DNA of 64,000 nt. It comes from Felis catus. Taxonomy: Eukaryota. Positions 12,206 to 25,259 of the stretch are shown piece after piece. How positions within the stretch are numbered: the first letter of the stretch is position 1; each line of letters opens with the position of its first letter. The notes below the pieces were generated by a model. That model saw only the letters and a program-made list of their open reading frames with translations. It was not told the DNA's origin and did no database searches. Location of the stretch: the NCBI RefSeq assembly GCF_018350175.1, contig NC_058368.1, positions 97,590,001 to 97,654,000 on the forward strand, written 5' to 3'. Both the position numbers and the translations under genes were made by a program.

Positions 12206-13147
12206 TAGTTTTGAAAAATTAAATGCCAGTTCGTGGCCAAAGCTTCTATGGCTCGCTGCTGAATCTCCCCCTGCCCCTCCCCCCAACATCGGTCAGTCAC
12301 ATAATTTATTGATCTGCCTGCCTCCTGAAGACTGTTGAGTTTGTACCCTCTGACCTCTGGTATCTAAAGCTTCTCAGAGCATTTGCCATATGGGCATGAC
12401 TGTGGGCTGTCCATTTATATGCCTGGCCTGCACTAGTCCACAACATCCTCACCCTGGTTCTTTTTGTTAGGCCCTGGCCGGTGGGCCTTGCAGAATATTT
12501 TTTCCCTTCCCTCTTGAGCCCATTAGTGTCATGTGATGAACAGGAAAAAAAAAAGTTGTAGTATGTAGCTTTTACAAATATTCACCCTACAAAAGCAGTG
12601 ATAGGAAGGTTCCAGAAGCAATGGAATAGTGACTCATCTCCAGTGAATGTGACCACTGAGGTGATCTCGGGAATACAGAAGATCGAAACCCCATAGCCTG
12701 GAACACATCAGAGAAATCTCACTGGTAACAGGGAGTCAGTGATAGGGAAAAGCTGCCCATGACATGAGAAGTTACTCTGGTTGCCTCACTGTTCTGTTCT
12801 TGGTCAGTAGCCCTGAGGTGAGGGACTTCCCTTAGGCTCTCCACTCCTGTGGCTGGGCCCACGGGAGACAGCTCACTGGCCTGACTGACCCTTGTGAGTT
12901 TTTCCCCAGATCTAACTTCTCCAGTCTCAGTCAAAACAATCCTGAGAATGACTCCTTGCTCCCAGCAATGTCCAGAGATTAATATGGATTTGTGTGAAAA
13001 CATAAGCGTATTTTCTCTTCTGCTCTTATTAATTCAGCAGAAACCATGCTGAAGGCTTTTTCTTCTTTTCCTGCCCCTAGCTGCCTGTATTTTTGCCTTT
13101 TGCCTCTGGTTGGCCCACGGGTGAACCCAGCTATGGTGGTGTAGACT

Positions 13148-13340
13148 CCATATTTATTGAGCACCTACTGTGTGCCAGGCCTTATGCTACGCTTTTGTGT
13201 ACGTTGCCCAATCCTAGGTTCTGTTATTATTACAGACCTTTTAAAAACTGGGAAATTGAGACCACAAGAGTCTTAAGTCATTACCCCAGTCAAAGGCAAA
13301 GCTGATATTTAAATCTATTGGTTCTTAACCACACAGCTGT
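13148..13340 (-). mobile_element. MIR
   Basis: catatttattgagcacctactgtgtgccagg..gggaaattgagacc. Confidence 0.7.
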
Positions 13341-13825
13341 ACTTCCTTTTGCAAAAACACAGATTTTACCTAGCCAACTTGCAGGTGCTTGCCTTAAGGG
13401 ACAAAGCTCTGGGCTCAGGGTTAGAAGGTGGAGCTGGCTACTCTGTGACATTTAGATCTGCAACAGACTTTTCTCAGAACTTCCCAAGATCCCTGATTTA
13501 GACTTGGTAGCATCAATGGGAGGGGCAGTGGGGAGTAACACAAATAAGTCTCTAGAGTCTCAACACCTTGGGTAGCCCCAAGTTTGAAAATGCACAGGTG
13601 GGAGCTGCCGTCTTGTTGATAAGTCAGCAGTGTTACAAGCACCTCAACAGGGGACAGAAGAAGGAGGTGAAACTCAAATGTGTAAATTCTGAAATCTGGT
13701 AGACATTCTAGTAGTGAATTTGGTGGAAAAGGAAGTTAAAATGACCTAAAAATAAGAACTCTGAATTTCTTACTGTTTGTACTGTCTCTATAATTGTTCT
13801 CGGATTGCCCTTTTTTTAATTTCCT

Positions 13826-13935
13826 CTGGATGACCGCGTATGGCCACTTAGGTTGTGCACTGCACAACTGCAGGGGACACTGTTCACAAAGATTATATTT
13901 AAATGGTGCTTCTGAAGCTGTGCAGCGCACAATTG
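13826..13935. mobile_element. MER91A-like hAT-Tip100 remnant
   Basis: gttgtgcactgcacaact..ttcacaaagatta..aatggtgc..tgtgcagcgcacaa, the palindromic structure typical of MER91. Confidence 0.75.
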
Positions 13936-14004
13936 GAAAACCTTATTTTGTAGATCTTTGGTTTTTTTTTAATTTTTAAATTCTTTTTTTAAAATGTGTG
14001 TTTA

Positions 14005-14229
14005 GGGGCGCCTGGGTGGCGCAGTCGGTTAAGCGTCGGACTTCAGCCAGGTCACGATCTCGCGGTCTGTGAGTTCGAGCCCCACGTCGGGCTCTGGGCT
14101 GATGGCTCAGAGCCTGGAGGCTGTTTCCGATTCTGTGTCTCCCTCTCTCTCTGCCCCTCCCCCGTTCATGCTCTGTCTCTTTCTGTCTCAAAAATAAATA
14201 AATGTTAAAAAAAAAATTTTAATAAAAAA
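14005..14229 (+). mobile_element. young CanSINE (SINEC_Fc)
   Basis: cttcagccaggtcacgatctcgcgg; TSD aaaatgtgtgttta. Confidence 0.97.
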
Positions 14230-14239
14230 AAAATGTGTG

Positions 14240-14442
14240 TTTATGTTTCACAGAGACAGAGAGTGCACGCGCGCGTGAGCCAGAGAGGGGCAGAGAGAGA
14301 GAATGGGACAGAGTATCCAAAGCGGGCTCTGCACGGATAGCTGATAGTGGCAAGCCGTATGTGGGGCTCGAACTCACGCACTGTGAGATCACGATCTGAG
14401 CTGAAGTCAGAGGCTCACCTGACTGAGCCACCCAGGTGCCCC
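14240..14442 (-). mobile_element. CanSINE
   Basis: reverse body ending ccaggtgcccc. Confidence 0.92.
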
Positions 14443-14451
14443 TCTTGGTTT

Positions 14452-14715
14452 GAATTTTTAATTGAACTATAGTTGACATATTATATTAGTGTTAGGTGTA
14501 CAACATAATGATTCGACAAATATACACATTGCAGAATGTTCACCATGATAAGTGGAGTTACCATCTGTCGCCATACAAAATCATTACAATTTTATTGACT
14601 ATATTCCCCGTGCTTTACTGTTCATCCTCATGACTTATTTTATAACTGCAAGTTTGTACCTCTTAATCCCCTTCACCTATTTTGCCTGCCCCCACCCTAC
14701 TCCCCCACCCTTTTT
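14452..14715 (-). mobile_element. L1MA9-like 3' end
   Basis: atagttgacata..ggtgtacaacataatgattcgaca..ttgactatattccccgtgct..gtttgtacctcttaatccccttcacc. Confidence 0.8.
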
Positions 14716-14777
14716 TTCAATAAGCATTGTTTCTACCCAGGAGTAGAAATATTCTAGACAAATTTTGCTCACATGGC

Positions 14778-14809
14778 CTTTTTTTCTTTTTTAATGTTTA
14801 TTTATTTTT

Positions 14810-14840
<31 letters not shown>

Positions 14841-15009
14841 TGTGATCCGGGGAGGGGCAGAGGGAGAGGGAGACACAGGAGCTGAAGCAGGCTCCAGGCT
14901 CTGAGCTGTAGGCACACAGCCCGACGCGCGGCTCGAATTGACGGACTGTGAGATCGTGACCTGCGCCGAAGTTGGACTGTTAACCGACTGAGCCGCCCAG
15001 GCGCTCCCC
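14778..15009 (-). mobile_element. CanSINE
   Basis: reverse SINE body. Confidence 0.93.
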
Positions 15010-16559
15010 TCTGGTCTTTTTCAAGTAACAAGAGGAGCCTGCAGCTGTACAGTCTACCGGAAGAAGCCCTGAGTGAGGCTGTGGAGTTAACTGGCTGTGT
15101 GATCTCGCGAGACATTCAACCCTGTGGGTCAGAATTCCCACTTCTAAGAAGCGTAAGGTGTGGACTGTTTAATCTCGAATCCCTCCCAGCTCTGAAATTC
15201 TATGATTCTGATTATTATCACCTGCGCTGTGCTTTGGCATTTTAAGCCTATAAACCAGGGAGGCTGACGCCACCGGTGGAGCAAGAGGGGAGAGCTGTGG
15301 GACTCTCTGGAAATAATGCTGTACTGCCCAGTGTGGAATGAGGGATTCAGTTCCAGGGTCTGGGAAGGCAGGACTCTGGCCCTGAGTCTTTCCAAGGAGG
15401 CTCCCGGGCTGCAGAAAGTCCTGAGATACTCCTGTGAGTGAATTTATTTTTAGATTATCTTTATGCTCCCCTTCATTGCCAAGATAAGCGATTGTTAACT
15501 ATATTAACATATGAGGAAAGTTGCTGAATTATGTCTTACACAAGAGAGCCCATTTGCATCTATCTAAGACGCTGATACAAGTAGCCACGAGTGAATTCAT
15601 TTTGGGACAAAAAGAGTTCATTACAGTGTTGATTTTAAACAAATGGAAAAAAAAAATCTCTAGACAACTTAAAGATGCATCAGCTGCTAATATGTATTAC
15701 TGCACTTCCTTGAGATAAAACATTATGCGCTTTTCCAACAAGGCGGGTCTCTGTGCACTGATATGAAAAGATCTGCAAGATAGATTAAGTTACAAAGCAA
15801 AATAATGATCTCATTATGTTTTAAAATACGTATTATATGTTTATGAGTCCATCAGCATTTTTTTTTTTTACAAGAATGAACAATATACTAATACTGGAAC
15901 CGAGTGTTGGAAGATGGGGAAAGAGTCTAACTTTTGATATGATACATTCTGTGGTGCATACATTTCATAGTCGAAATACATGTAGTAAAGGAGAGAATTT
16001 AGATTTCAGGTGAGTTTTTGAGGCATTCTCAAACTTCTCTCGAAAAATCTGTATAAACAAAGCATGCTGAGCAAAAGCAAGGTGTGGTCTGTAAATTAGG
16101 CTCCGAACGTTAGGGAAGTCCCCCCACACCACCTCCCCCCACACCACCTCCGTAGCCTTTATTATACTGCTCTAAACACACAGCTCCCCAGTGATTGCAT
16201 GTATTCCTCTAGTGCAGAGTTGTCAGTGGCTCCCTATGTCTATCAAAAACCAGTCCAGGAGAGCAATATGGCTGGGCGGCAGATTGTGGACTCATGGTTT
16301 GTCTTCAGTGCATTTGGGCAGTATTTGTCGAGGACCAGGCAGTGCTTGCTCAGGGATGTAGGTCCATGACATGCTGTTTGGAGACCAGATCTGACTTCTC
16401 AGAGCCTCACCTTAGAAGCTTCCTACTTGTAAAAAGCACATTGTCAGGAGTAAATACAACAGGAAATGCAAGGCTCCTCACCCAAGCCCCAAAGGACAAT
16501 ATTTGCTCACATGCCCTTCCCTCCGTGGTCAAGGCCCTGTCTGATCCCCGTTTCTCCTC

Positions 16560-16960
16560 TGCATGTTTCCTTGGATTCCCATTCCTAAACTGCATTGTTC
16601 TAGAACACACCCCATTCTTCTCTGTTTTTGTCTTTGCTGCCTGTGTCTTCCTCTCCTACAATGTACATCACTTCTCCTTCCTGGGCAGAATTAGACTATC
16701 CTTCAGGATCCAGTTCAGAACATTTCCTGGTTCAATTCTTTACCAGGAAAAAAAGGCCTTGTGTATTCTCTTCCTCTTAAGAGTCGCTCACTCTGATCTC
16801 CCTATCTTTATCATGATTATGTCACTTGTGACATCATCCTTAGTTTACAGCTGTCTGTGAGCTACTAGATAGCCATCCTGAGCACAGTGACTAAGTCTTC
16901 GTCATCTCTAGAACTCATTTTTGGTCCCACATTCTCAGAAAATAGGTGTGAATGGGTGAC
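16560..16960 (+). mobile_element. L2 3' fragment
   Basis: ctatccttcaggatccagttca..tgagcacagtgactaagtctt L2-like tail. Confidence 0.55.
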
Positions 16961-17017
16961 TTCATTGTGATGATTTGCCTAAATATTATTTTACTTTCAT
17001 GTAAGGGATTCTTTTAG

Positions 17018-17067
17018 GTTGAAGCTGAAAATGAGGACATTTCCTTGAAATTCACCATTAAGGAAAG
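17018..17067 (+). other. candidate 50-nt internal exon of an unidentified host gene
   Basis: cttttag|GTTGAAGCTG...AAGGAAAG|gtgagc; open frame VEAENEDISLKFTIKE; splice signals only. Confidence 0.3.
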
Positions 17068-18715
17068 GTGAGCTCGAGTTTCTTTCCCTTTGCAGGGATT
17101 CAGCTCGTAAGTTGTAGAGCTGCTATTCCTGAAGAATGTTTAAGGAAGAGACAGGCAGGCCTTTATCTAGGGTGGTCCGGGCAGTCACCACCCTTTACAT
17201 GAGTAACTGACTCCCAGGTTCTCCACTGATGAGGTGAGATCTTATCCTGATAATTTTAAAAAGCAAACAAACTACACCCGCTATTAAGACAACTCCCAGC
17301 TTAGGTAAAGGGAATTTAGAAAGAAAACACCTAGTAAAGTTGTAGATGTGTGGGAGAAAGAGGCATGTTTCATTTTCCTGTTTCTTTCCATGCCTGTCCA
17401 TGGTTATACGGATCCATATTATAATCCATTTTAGAGCGGTGACCGTAGGGTATACACAGGTTAATAGTATTCTGCTTTTCTCTTAACGTTATTTCTTACA
17501 CAGTTTCCTATGTTTTGATGGGCATTTGATTTTAGATCTCAGTGAGACTCTTGGAGTAGAGTTGATCGCTGCCTTTCTCAAGCAAGAGAAGGACCCTGTG
17601 AAACAAAGATGTAGCCTGGGGCAATGTCTGCATAGTATATGTTTTAAAAGATGTAATCTTATTCCGATATTGCTGAGAAGCACTGGAGCAAAAATATTAA
17701 CACAGGATTTGGTTGAAGTTTGCAGCACAGTAAATGAGATTAAGATCATGAACCACTTTAAAACGTTTTCTTAAGTAAATACACATCTTTAAGAGATTAG
17801 ACAGAGTTTTTCCCAAGCAATGACTTTTCATATTTACAAAGGCGTGTTGGGAACAGCTGGAAGACAGCCTTCCCTTATCAGCCTCAAGTTGTGTGCTAAT
17901 GAATTTCAGGGCTCCAGCACTAATAGGATGGAATAATTTTACATAGAAGAATCAATCTCTAGCATCCTTTTTCAGAAGAAACTAATCTGGTTGGTGCCTT
18001 TAGGCAATGAGGTGTGTTCTACATGAGGAAATCATTAGGGCTAAATACCAGAATCTCTTTGAGGTCTATGCACATAGTCTCCAAAGAGGGGGGGGGGGGG
18101 CATTTAAAATTAACTGCACAGAATGCTAACAAGCACTATATACATGCCTTGTTGGAACTAATCTTGCTTTGGCTTTAGGCTAAATCGACTAGATTTGTAC
18201 TCCCTTTGTTGACTTAAAAGCCACATTGACTCCTTTTTACAATGTTAATGATTTTGTAGCTTGCCTATAGGGAGGCTCTTAACTATTTTGCGATTTCTAT
18301 CATCAGCCATAGTCATTAATACAAATAGCAATCAAGGTAAATTTATCAAGGTAAATTTACCATCCTGGTCACTTATCTGTTAGGAATAGTATATTTTATA
18401 ATTGTCTTTTTTTTTTAATACTTACTGGGTACAATCTCATAATTTAGCACAGACGTGATGATCGGATTTCTGTGTGTTTCCTAAAGGAGTGATTGCATAT
18501 TTGTGTGACTTCTATGGCTTGGTCTATAAAAGGACCCACAAGACTGTGACTTTTTTTTCTTTCTATTTTTATTTATGGATTAAAGAGAGGCCTTAAGTCC
18601 TACTAGTCACCCAGAGCATCTACAGCTAGTCCCACTAGGACAGACCTTATGAGAAGACTCGGATCCTGACCTAGTTCGGGATTCAAGAGAGGACCTGCAC
18701 TCAGCTGGAATCCTC

Positions 18716-18945
18716 TTTTTTTTTTTTTTTAATTTTTTTTTTCAACATTTATTTATTTTTGGGACAGAGAGAGACAGAGCATGAACGGGGGAGGGGCAGA
18801 GAGAGAGGGAGACACAGAATCGGAAACAGGCTCCAGGCTCTGAGCCATCAGCCCAGAGCCCGACGCGGGGCTCGAACTCCCGGACCGCGAGATCGTGACC
18901 TGGCTGAAGTCGGACGCTTAACCGACTGCGCCACCCAGGCGCCCC
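18716..18945 (-). mobile_element. young CanSINE (SINEC_Fc)
   Basis: near-consensus with CpGs intact; TSD tggaatcctcttt. Confidence 0.97.
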
Positions 18946-19689
18946 TGGAATCCTCTTTAAAATATTGGAGGATTCAGAGGAAATCATCTTAATTAGAAAA
19001 CTGTGAAATGCCTTCAATTCCTGGGACTGGGGCCAGGGTGCCTACAATGGGGGTTCTGCCAGGCTCAGGCCTCTTTTGGTCCCGGCTGACAGCAAACCTT
19101 TTAAAGTGGTTTCTGTTTATTATTGCCTAGTCTCCTCCCCTCATTACCTTCTCTGACTCTTGCTTCTTTATCACCTGTGACCCTGCAAAGCCGCTCTCGC
19201 CCTGAGATAAGTTAGGGATATCAGGGTGGGAGGCAACTTCAGAGGGAGAGGTGAGGTGAGGTAGCTCTGTGTTCCTGGCAATGTTTCTTAAAAGCCCAGG
19301 CAGGCTGGGAGCAGAGTCCAGACTACAGGTGTTTCTACTTCCACAACTACCAAGGCCTTAAAGTTAAAAAAAAGAAAACAAGAAAAAAAGAAAGAAGGAA
19401 AAAGAAAAGAAAAAAGAAAATTGAAATTACAGAATGATCCAAAGGCAATATGAAGTCAGCCCAAGGCGTAACTTCCACCAAAGGTTTTGTTTAGTTTTTT
19501 TATTCTTTTATCAGTCAATCAACTAACGATTACTGAGTGACTCACTAAAGCTTGCCGAGAATGAAAAATTCACAAAGAAGGTCAATGCCCTCTGGGAAAT
19601 GTTAATCTAGTTCTAAAAGGTAAGGATATAAATAATTGGAATACAATGGATACAAAGAATTGGAATGTAATGTAGACCACACCAGAGAG

Positions 19690-20265
19690 GTACATCAGTT
19701 ATCTGCTGCTGCCTAACAAATTGCTCCAAAGCTTAGCAGCTAAAAACAACAATAAACATCTCTTATTAATATGGTTTCTGTGGGTCAGGAATTTGGGAGC
19801 CACTCAGCTGAGTGAGTCTGATTTGGGTTGTCTCATGAGGCTAGAGTCAGCAAGTTGGCCAGGTTTGCAGACATCTGAGGATTTTTCCTGTTTTTTTCCT
19901 ATATGTGTGTGTGTGTGTGTGTATGCGTGTGCATGTGTGGGTGTGTGTGTGTTTTCTTCTGAGGAATGAACTCCAAGATGGTTAGTGCTGGCTCTGAACG
20001 GGAGGCCTCAGTTTCTCCCTATGGAGACCTCTCCATATGTTTACTGGAGCGTCCTCATAACGTGGTAGATGGCTTTCCCTAGAGTTAGTGATCCAAGAGA
20101 GCACAAAGTGGTCGCCTGTCTCCTCTTTCACGATCAAGCCTTGGAAGTCACACAGTGTGACCTCTACACTATCTCATCCGTTACACGGCTCTCCCCATCC
20201 ATTGTGGGTGGAGGCTACACAAGGGAGGGGAAGCCAGGAGGTGAGGAACAATTGCCTGCCGTCTT
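19690..20265 (-). mobile_element. MLT1 (F-like) LTR
   Basis: tcagttatctgctgctgcctaacaaatt..ggtttctgtgggtcaggaatttggg..atggctttccctagagttagtgatccaagag. Confidence 0.8.
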
Positions 20266-20616
20266 GGAGACTGGCTCTCTCAAGAGGCAGAAATCTTGTG
20301 TGGTAATGAAAAGACAGTGTTGGGGTGCCTCCAGAAGGAGGCAGGATGTAGAACAGGGTGGATTTTCAGTAGCTGAGGTTGTGGGAAAGTGTTGAGAAGG
20401 ATGGAGCATCAGGAGCAGAGAAGGTTGGACAGTGATGGGTATCGGTGTGTTCAAAGAACATCTTCCAGAGCAAACTCTGGCGAGGTAAAGGAGCCTGGGG
20501 CTGTGAGGTCCTGAAGGCCAACAGAGGGAGTTTGGACTTTCGGTAATTATCACTGATGAGTCATGGGAAGTTTTTGAGCAGGTAAGTGACTTAACTATTG
20601 GCCTGTTTTAGCTTTA

Positions 20617-20838
20617 AATTTTTTTTTTTTCCTCAACGTTTTTATTTATTTTTGGGACAGAGAGAGACAGAGCATGAATGGGGGAGGGGCAGAGAGAGAG
20701 GGAGACACAGAATCGGAAACAGGCTCCAGGCTCTGAGCCATCAACCCAGAGCCCGACGTGGGGCTCGAACTCACGGACCGCGAGATCGTGACCTGGCTGA
20801 AGTCGGACGCTTAACCGACTGCGCCACCCAGGCGCCCC
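20617..20838 (-). mobile_element. young CanSINE (SINEC_Fc)
   Basis: TSD tggcctgttttagctttaa. Confidence 0.97.
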
Positions 20839-20967
20839 TGGCCTGTTTTAGCTTTAATCTGTGTGTGAGCTTTAGGTTTTGAGAGCCCTTACTTCCTTTT
20901 TCCCCTCTGTATTCTCCAGGTTGTCAACTCTCTAATTTTGAAAATTCTGTAAGACTTCTCTGCCTGT

Positions 20968-21336
20968 GGGGTGCCAGGTGACTCAGTCAGTTAAGCATCC
21001 AACTCTTGATTTCAGCCCAGGTGATGATCTCATGGTTCATGAGTTTGAACCCCGCATTGGGCTCTGAGCTGACAGCGTAGAGCTTGCTTGGAGTTCCCTC
21101 TCTCCCTCTCTCCCTCTCTCTCTGCCCCTCCCAACCAAAATAAATAAACATTAAAAGAGGGGGGAGCACCTGGGTGGCTCAGTCGGTTAAGCATCTGGCT
21201 TAGGTCATGATCTTGTGCTTCACGAGTTTCAGCCCTGTGTTGAGCTCTGTGCTGACAGCTCAGAGCCTGGAGCCTGGTTCAGATTGTGTCTCCCTCTCTC
21301 TCTGCCCCGCTCTCTCTGCCCCTCCCCCGCTCATGC

Positions 21337-21387
<51 letters not shown>

Positions 21388-21423
21388 AATAAACATTAAA
21401 AAAGTTTATTAAATAAAAAAAAT
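20968..21423 (+). mobile_element. two tandem CanSINEs
   Basis: heads at about 20968 and 21162; (CT)n region; flanking acttctctgcc repeat. Confidence 0.93.
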
Positions 21424-22607
21424 ACTTCTCTGCCCGTGCCCCTTGATCACGTGCTACCTTGTACTGTTCAGCTTTTAGCATTTCTTTCTTATCATAAGTA
21501 GATTACAAAGGCCATAAGGGTCATATCTTTATCCATTTCTGTTTCCCCTGCTGTGCCTAGCTCATTGGGTACCCAATAAATATTTGCTAACTGATTGGAT
21601 AATAGCAGCCAATTACTATGTGTGTGTACAGCCACTGTTTCCGGCCTGCGGCACATAATTGACAGTTAAACATCTTTCAAAAGAGTGAGCAGTTTGTGGT
21701 GGATGTGATTTCTGTGAATCGGAAAAAGTGTTCCTGTCCAATTTTGTGTACTTGGCATTTGCCAAAATATAGGAAACCGAGAATGATCGTTTTATTTTTA
21801 AAAACCCATGGTTTATTTTCAGCTTCAAAGAGAGTTCTTAGTTTGCCTAAATTAGGCCAGTGGAGTAATAACTAGCCACAGAGTGAAGTAAGGGCTGCTT
21901 GTCTCTTTGAATAGTGAAGGACAACCTCCTTCATGCACATTTAAGACATTTAGGGAATAAAGCTCTTGTTCAGAATTTGGGACAGGGTTTTTTGTCTCCC
22001 TCCCCCTCCCTCCGTCTGAATGAAATGATCATTGTCTGTGTATTTTCACTGAGCAAGTGAGTATTTCACTCTGGTCCCATGAAAGTTGGAGAGGTCTGGT
22101 TTCAAGCTAGCAAAGACAGTTTTTTCTCTTGAAAAACCCCCTCAAACAACCAAAAAAGTGAAAATGCAGGGATGCGGACTTTATCGTCAGAAACCTAGCT
22201 GACATCTGTAACTCCAAACCACACAGGACTTGAGGAGAGAAAGCAGCTGAAGTGGGGCAAAGGAATTTGCAGCGAGAAAGGGATCAAGAAGCAAATGTCT
22301 GCGGGAGGGTCAGTGGAGTGGACCCGAAGCAGTCCATGTGCTCGTAGAATCCCAGGAAGGCTCAGAAATGGGGGTTCCCAGGTTCCACGGAGGTGAGGCA
22401 GAGGGCTCCAGGATGGGAGAGGCGTTGTAAGGCTCCAGATGTGAGAAGGGGTCTCAAAACAAGGATGGAAATGCCTCAATGGCAGGTCTGGAACACAGAG
22501 AAAAGCCATTCATTCCAGAGCAGAGCAGAAAGAAGAGGGCAGGAGGGATGTTTCTGGGTTGAACAATGAAATTGATTCAAAAGGAAGAAGAAAAAGAAAG
22601 AATGGGA

Positions 22608-22745
22608 AGTTCTGGGTTTGAATCCTGTCTCTGTCACCATGAACTGTGAATGTTAGCAAATCAGTTGGACTCCGTTTCCCAGTTTATTAAATAAAAGATT
22701 GGAACACATAATGTTTAAGGTCTAAACTCTGATCCGTTCTGATTC
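22608..22745 (+). mobile_element. MIR
   Basis: ctgggtttgaatcctgtctctgtcacc..ccgtttcccagtt. Confidence 0.65.
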
Positions 22746-22779
22746 TCTCGGGTAAAAAAGGCAATAGAAACCCTAGTTC

Positions 22780-23515
22780 GACTCTTACATGTCTGCCTAG
22801 AGACAGGAAAACATAGGTCTATACAAATTCTTCGATGCAAATATTCGTAGAAGTGTTATATGTAAAAGCTCCAGACTGGAAACAGCCTAAACAGCCACCA
22901 GTTGGGGAATGGATAGCAAAATATTATTTATTTATACAATGGACTACTATTCAGCAATCAAAAAGAAGAAAGAACTGTATCTGCTACAACGTGGATGAAC
23001 CTTAAAAACAACATACTAGGGGGATCCAGGTTGTGGGTGGGGGGGATGGGCTAAATGGGGGAGGGGCATTAAGGAAGACGCTTGTTGGGATGAGCACTGG
23101 GTGTTACACGCAGGGGATGAATCACTGGAATCTACTCCTGAAATCATTATTGCACTATATGCTACCTAACTTGGATGTAAATTCAAAAGTAAATTAAAAA
23201 AATAATAAAAATATGCTAAGTGGAACAAACCAGACACGAGACCACGTATTGTATGTTTCCCTTTAATTAAAGCAATGTCCAGAAAAGACAAATGTATAAA
23301 GACAAGAAGTCGATTACTGGTTGCCTGAAACCGAGAGGAGAAGGAAATTAACTGCCAAGAGGCACTTTGGGGATGATGAAATGTTCTAAAATTGGCTCGT
23401 GCTGATGGTTGTACAACTTTCTAAATTTACCGAAAATCATGGCATTGTACAATCACAATTGTATGCATTTCTATTGCACAGTTGTAATTATATCCCAGCG
23501 AAGCTGTAAAGACAA
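22780..23515 (+). mobile_element. L1MB-like 3' region containing a nested younger L1 3' end
   Basis: tacaatggactactattcagcaat..ctacaacgtggatgaacctt..gatgaaatgttctaaaattg. Confidence 0.8.
23019..23209 (+). mobile_element. carnivore L1 3' terminal fragment retaining the 54-nt segment
   Basis: gggcattaaggaagacgcttgttgggatgagcactgggtg..gaatcactggaatctactcctgaaa followed by an A tail. Confidence 0.9.
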
Positions 23516-23971
23516 AAAGGTAACCAACAAGGGGTAGAGGGTGGAGAGGTGTAAGTGAAACAAGATTGGCAGTATGTTGGTTATGGTTGAAGGTAGGTAA
23601 GGAGTAACGAGATCTCCTGATACATTCTTCTTTCTACTTTTGCATCTGTTTGAAATTTTACATAATACAAAAGTTTAGAAAACATAAGAATAAAGCTAAA
23701 AAGGCACTCACAAGCCTGTTATTTTGTGGAGGTCAGATAACTCTTGAAGCGTATGTTTTACATTTTACAGTGGAGAATGTTCTAGACACTCTTGGGATAT
23801 AATTTAACCCCCATGGACAACAAATGCACAGAATAGTGAGTCACTGTGAATGTGTCAGTTTTCCTCAAAACCTTAGCAGGCACTGGAGAAAATCATGGTG
23901 ATCACATCATTAGGAAGAAGGTTAAATTTTGGTTAACATATTCTTTTTTTTTTCCTTTGTTTAGCATCCTT

Positions 23972-24189
23972 AAAATTTTTTTTTTAACGTTTATTTATTT
24001 TTTGAGGCAATGCGAGAGATAGAGTGCAAGCAGCAGAGGCACAGAAAGGGGGAGACACAGAATCCCAAGTGGTTTGCAGGCTCTGAGCTATCAGCCCAGA
24101 GCCTGATGCGGGGCTCGAACTCACGAATGGTAAGATCATGACCCGAGCCGAAGTCAGACGCCTAACTGACTGAGCCACTCAGGCGTCCC
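23972..24189 (-). mobile_element. CanSINE
   Basis: TSD ttagcatcctt. Confidence 0.95.
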
Positions 24190-24220
24190 TGTTAGCATCC
24201 TTTATTACAAAAGTTGTAGA

Positions 24221-24817
24221 TTTTTTTTTAAATTTACATCCAAATTAGCATAGAGTGCAACAATGATTTCAGAAGTACATTCCTTAGTGCCCCTTACCCA
24301 TTTAGCCCATCCGCCCTCCCACCACCCCTCCCGTAACCCTCGGTTTGTTCTCCATGTTTATGAGTCTCTTATGCTTTGTCCCCCTCCCTGTTTTTATATT
24401 TTTGCTTCCCTTCCCTTGTGTTCATCTGTTTTGTGTCTTAAAGTCCTCGTATGATTGAAGTCATGATTTTTGTCTTTCTCTGACTAATTTCACTTAGCAT
24501 AATACCCTCCAGTTCCATCCAAATAGTTGCAAATGGCCAGATTTCATTCTTTTTGATTGCCGAGTAATACTCCGTTGTATATATGCCTCATCTTCTTTAT
24601 CCATCGATGGACATTTGGGCTCTTTCCATACTTTGGCTATTGTTGATAGTGCTGCTATAAACATGAGGGTGCATGTGTCCCTTCGCAACAGCACACCTGT
24701 ATCCCCTGGATAAATGCCTAGCAGTGCAGTTGCTGGGTCGTAGGGTAGTTCTGTTTTTAGTTTTTTGAGGAACCTCCATTCTGTTTTCCAGAGTGGCTGC
24801 ACCAGCTTGCATTCCCA
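24221..24817 (-). mobile_element. L1-derived ~0.6-kb insertion, copy B
   Basis: same 5' end (cttgcattccca on +) and same 3'UTR deletion as copy A; TSD not evident. Confidence 0.93.
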
Positions 24818-24937
24818 GTGATTGATATATTCTAAGTAAGTGTGAATACGTTTTAGAAAAGATAAAACTAATGTAAACTTTAATTATTTGCAGGGGAACT
24901 CTCGAGGTTTGAGGAGTAGACCTTTTAAGACCATGTC

Positions 24938-25140
24938 AGGGCACCTGGGTGGCTCAGTTGGTTGAGCGTTTGACATTGGCTCAGGTCATGATCTCACAGT
25001 TTATGAGTTCCAGTCCCACATTGGGCTTGCTGCTGTCAGTGCAGAGCCCACTTCAGCTCTTCTGTTCTTCTCTCTCGCTGTCCCTCCTCTGCTTGCCCTC
25101 TCCCTCTCAAAAAGAAATAAAACATTGAAAAAAATAAAAT
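24938..25140 (+). mobile_element. CanSINE
   Basis: gggcacctgggtggctcag head; A-rich tail. Confidence 0.93.
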
Positions 25141-25259
25141 ACAATACAAATAAAATCATGTCATTTGTAGGAGCTCTGATGGCTGGATTTTTTTTTTATA
25201 CCTGGAACTTAGATGCAGCATTCCATTTCAGATGCGATGTGTCGTCAATAGTGAGTATA

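Noticed and set aside
13852..13868. Perfect hairpin gttgtgca-c-tgcacaac as a possible miRNA
   Set aside because: Explained by the internal palindromes of a MER91-type transposon.
16294..16860. 188-aa ORF (likewise 50606-51133 and 60228-60818)
   Set aside because: Overlap L2/SINE or show no recognisable domain or exon structure; lengths are compatible with chance.
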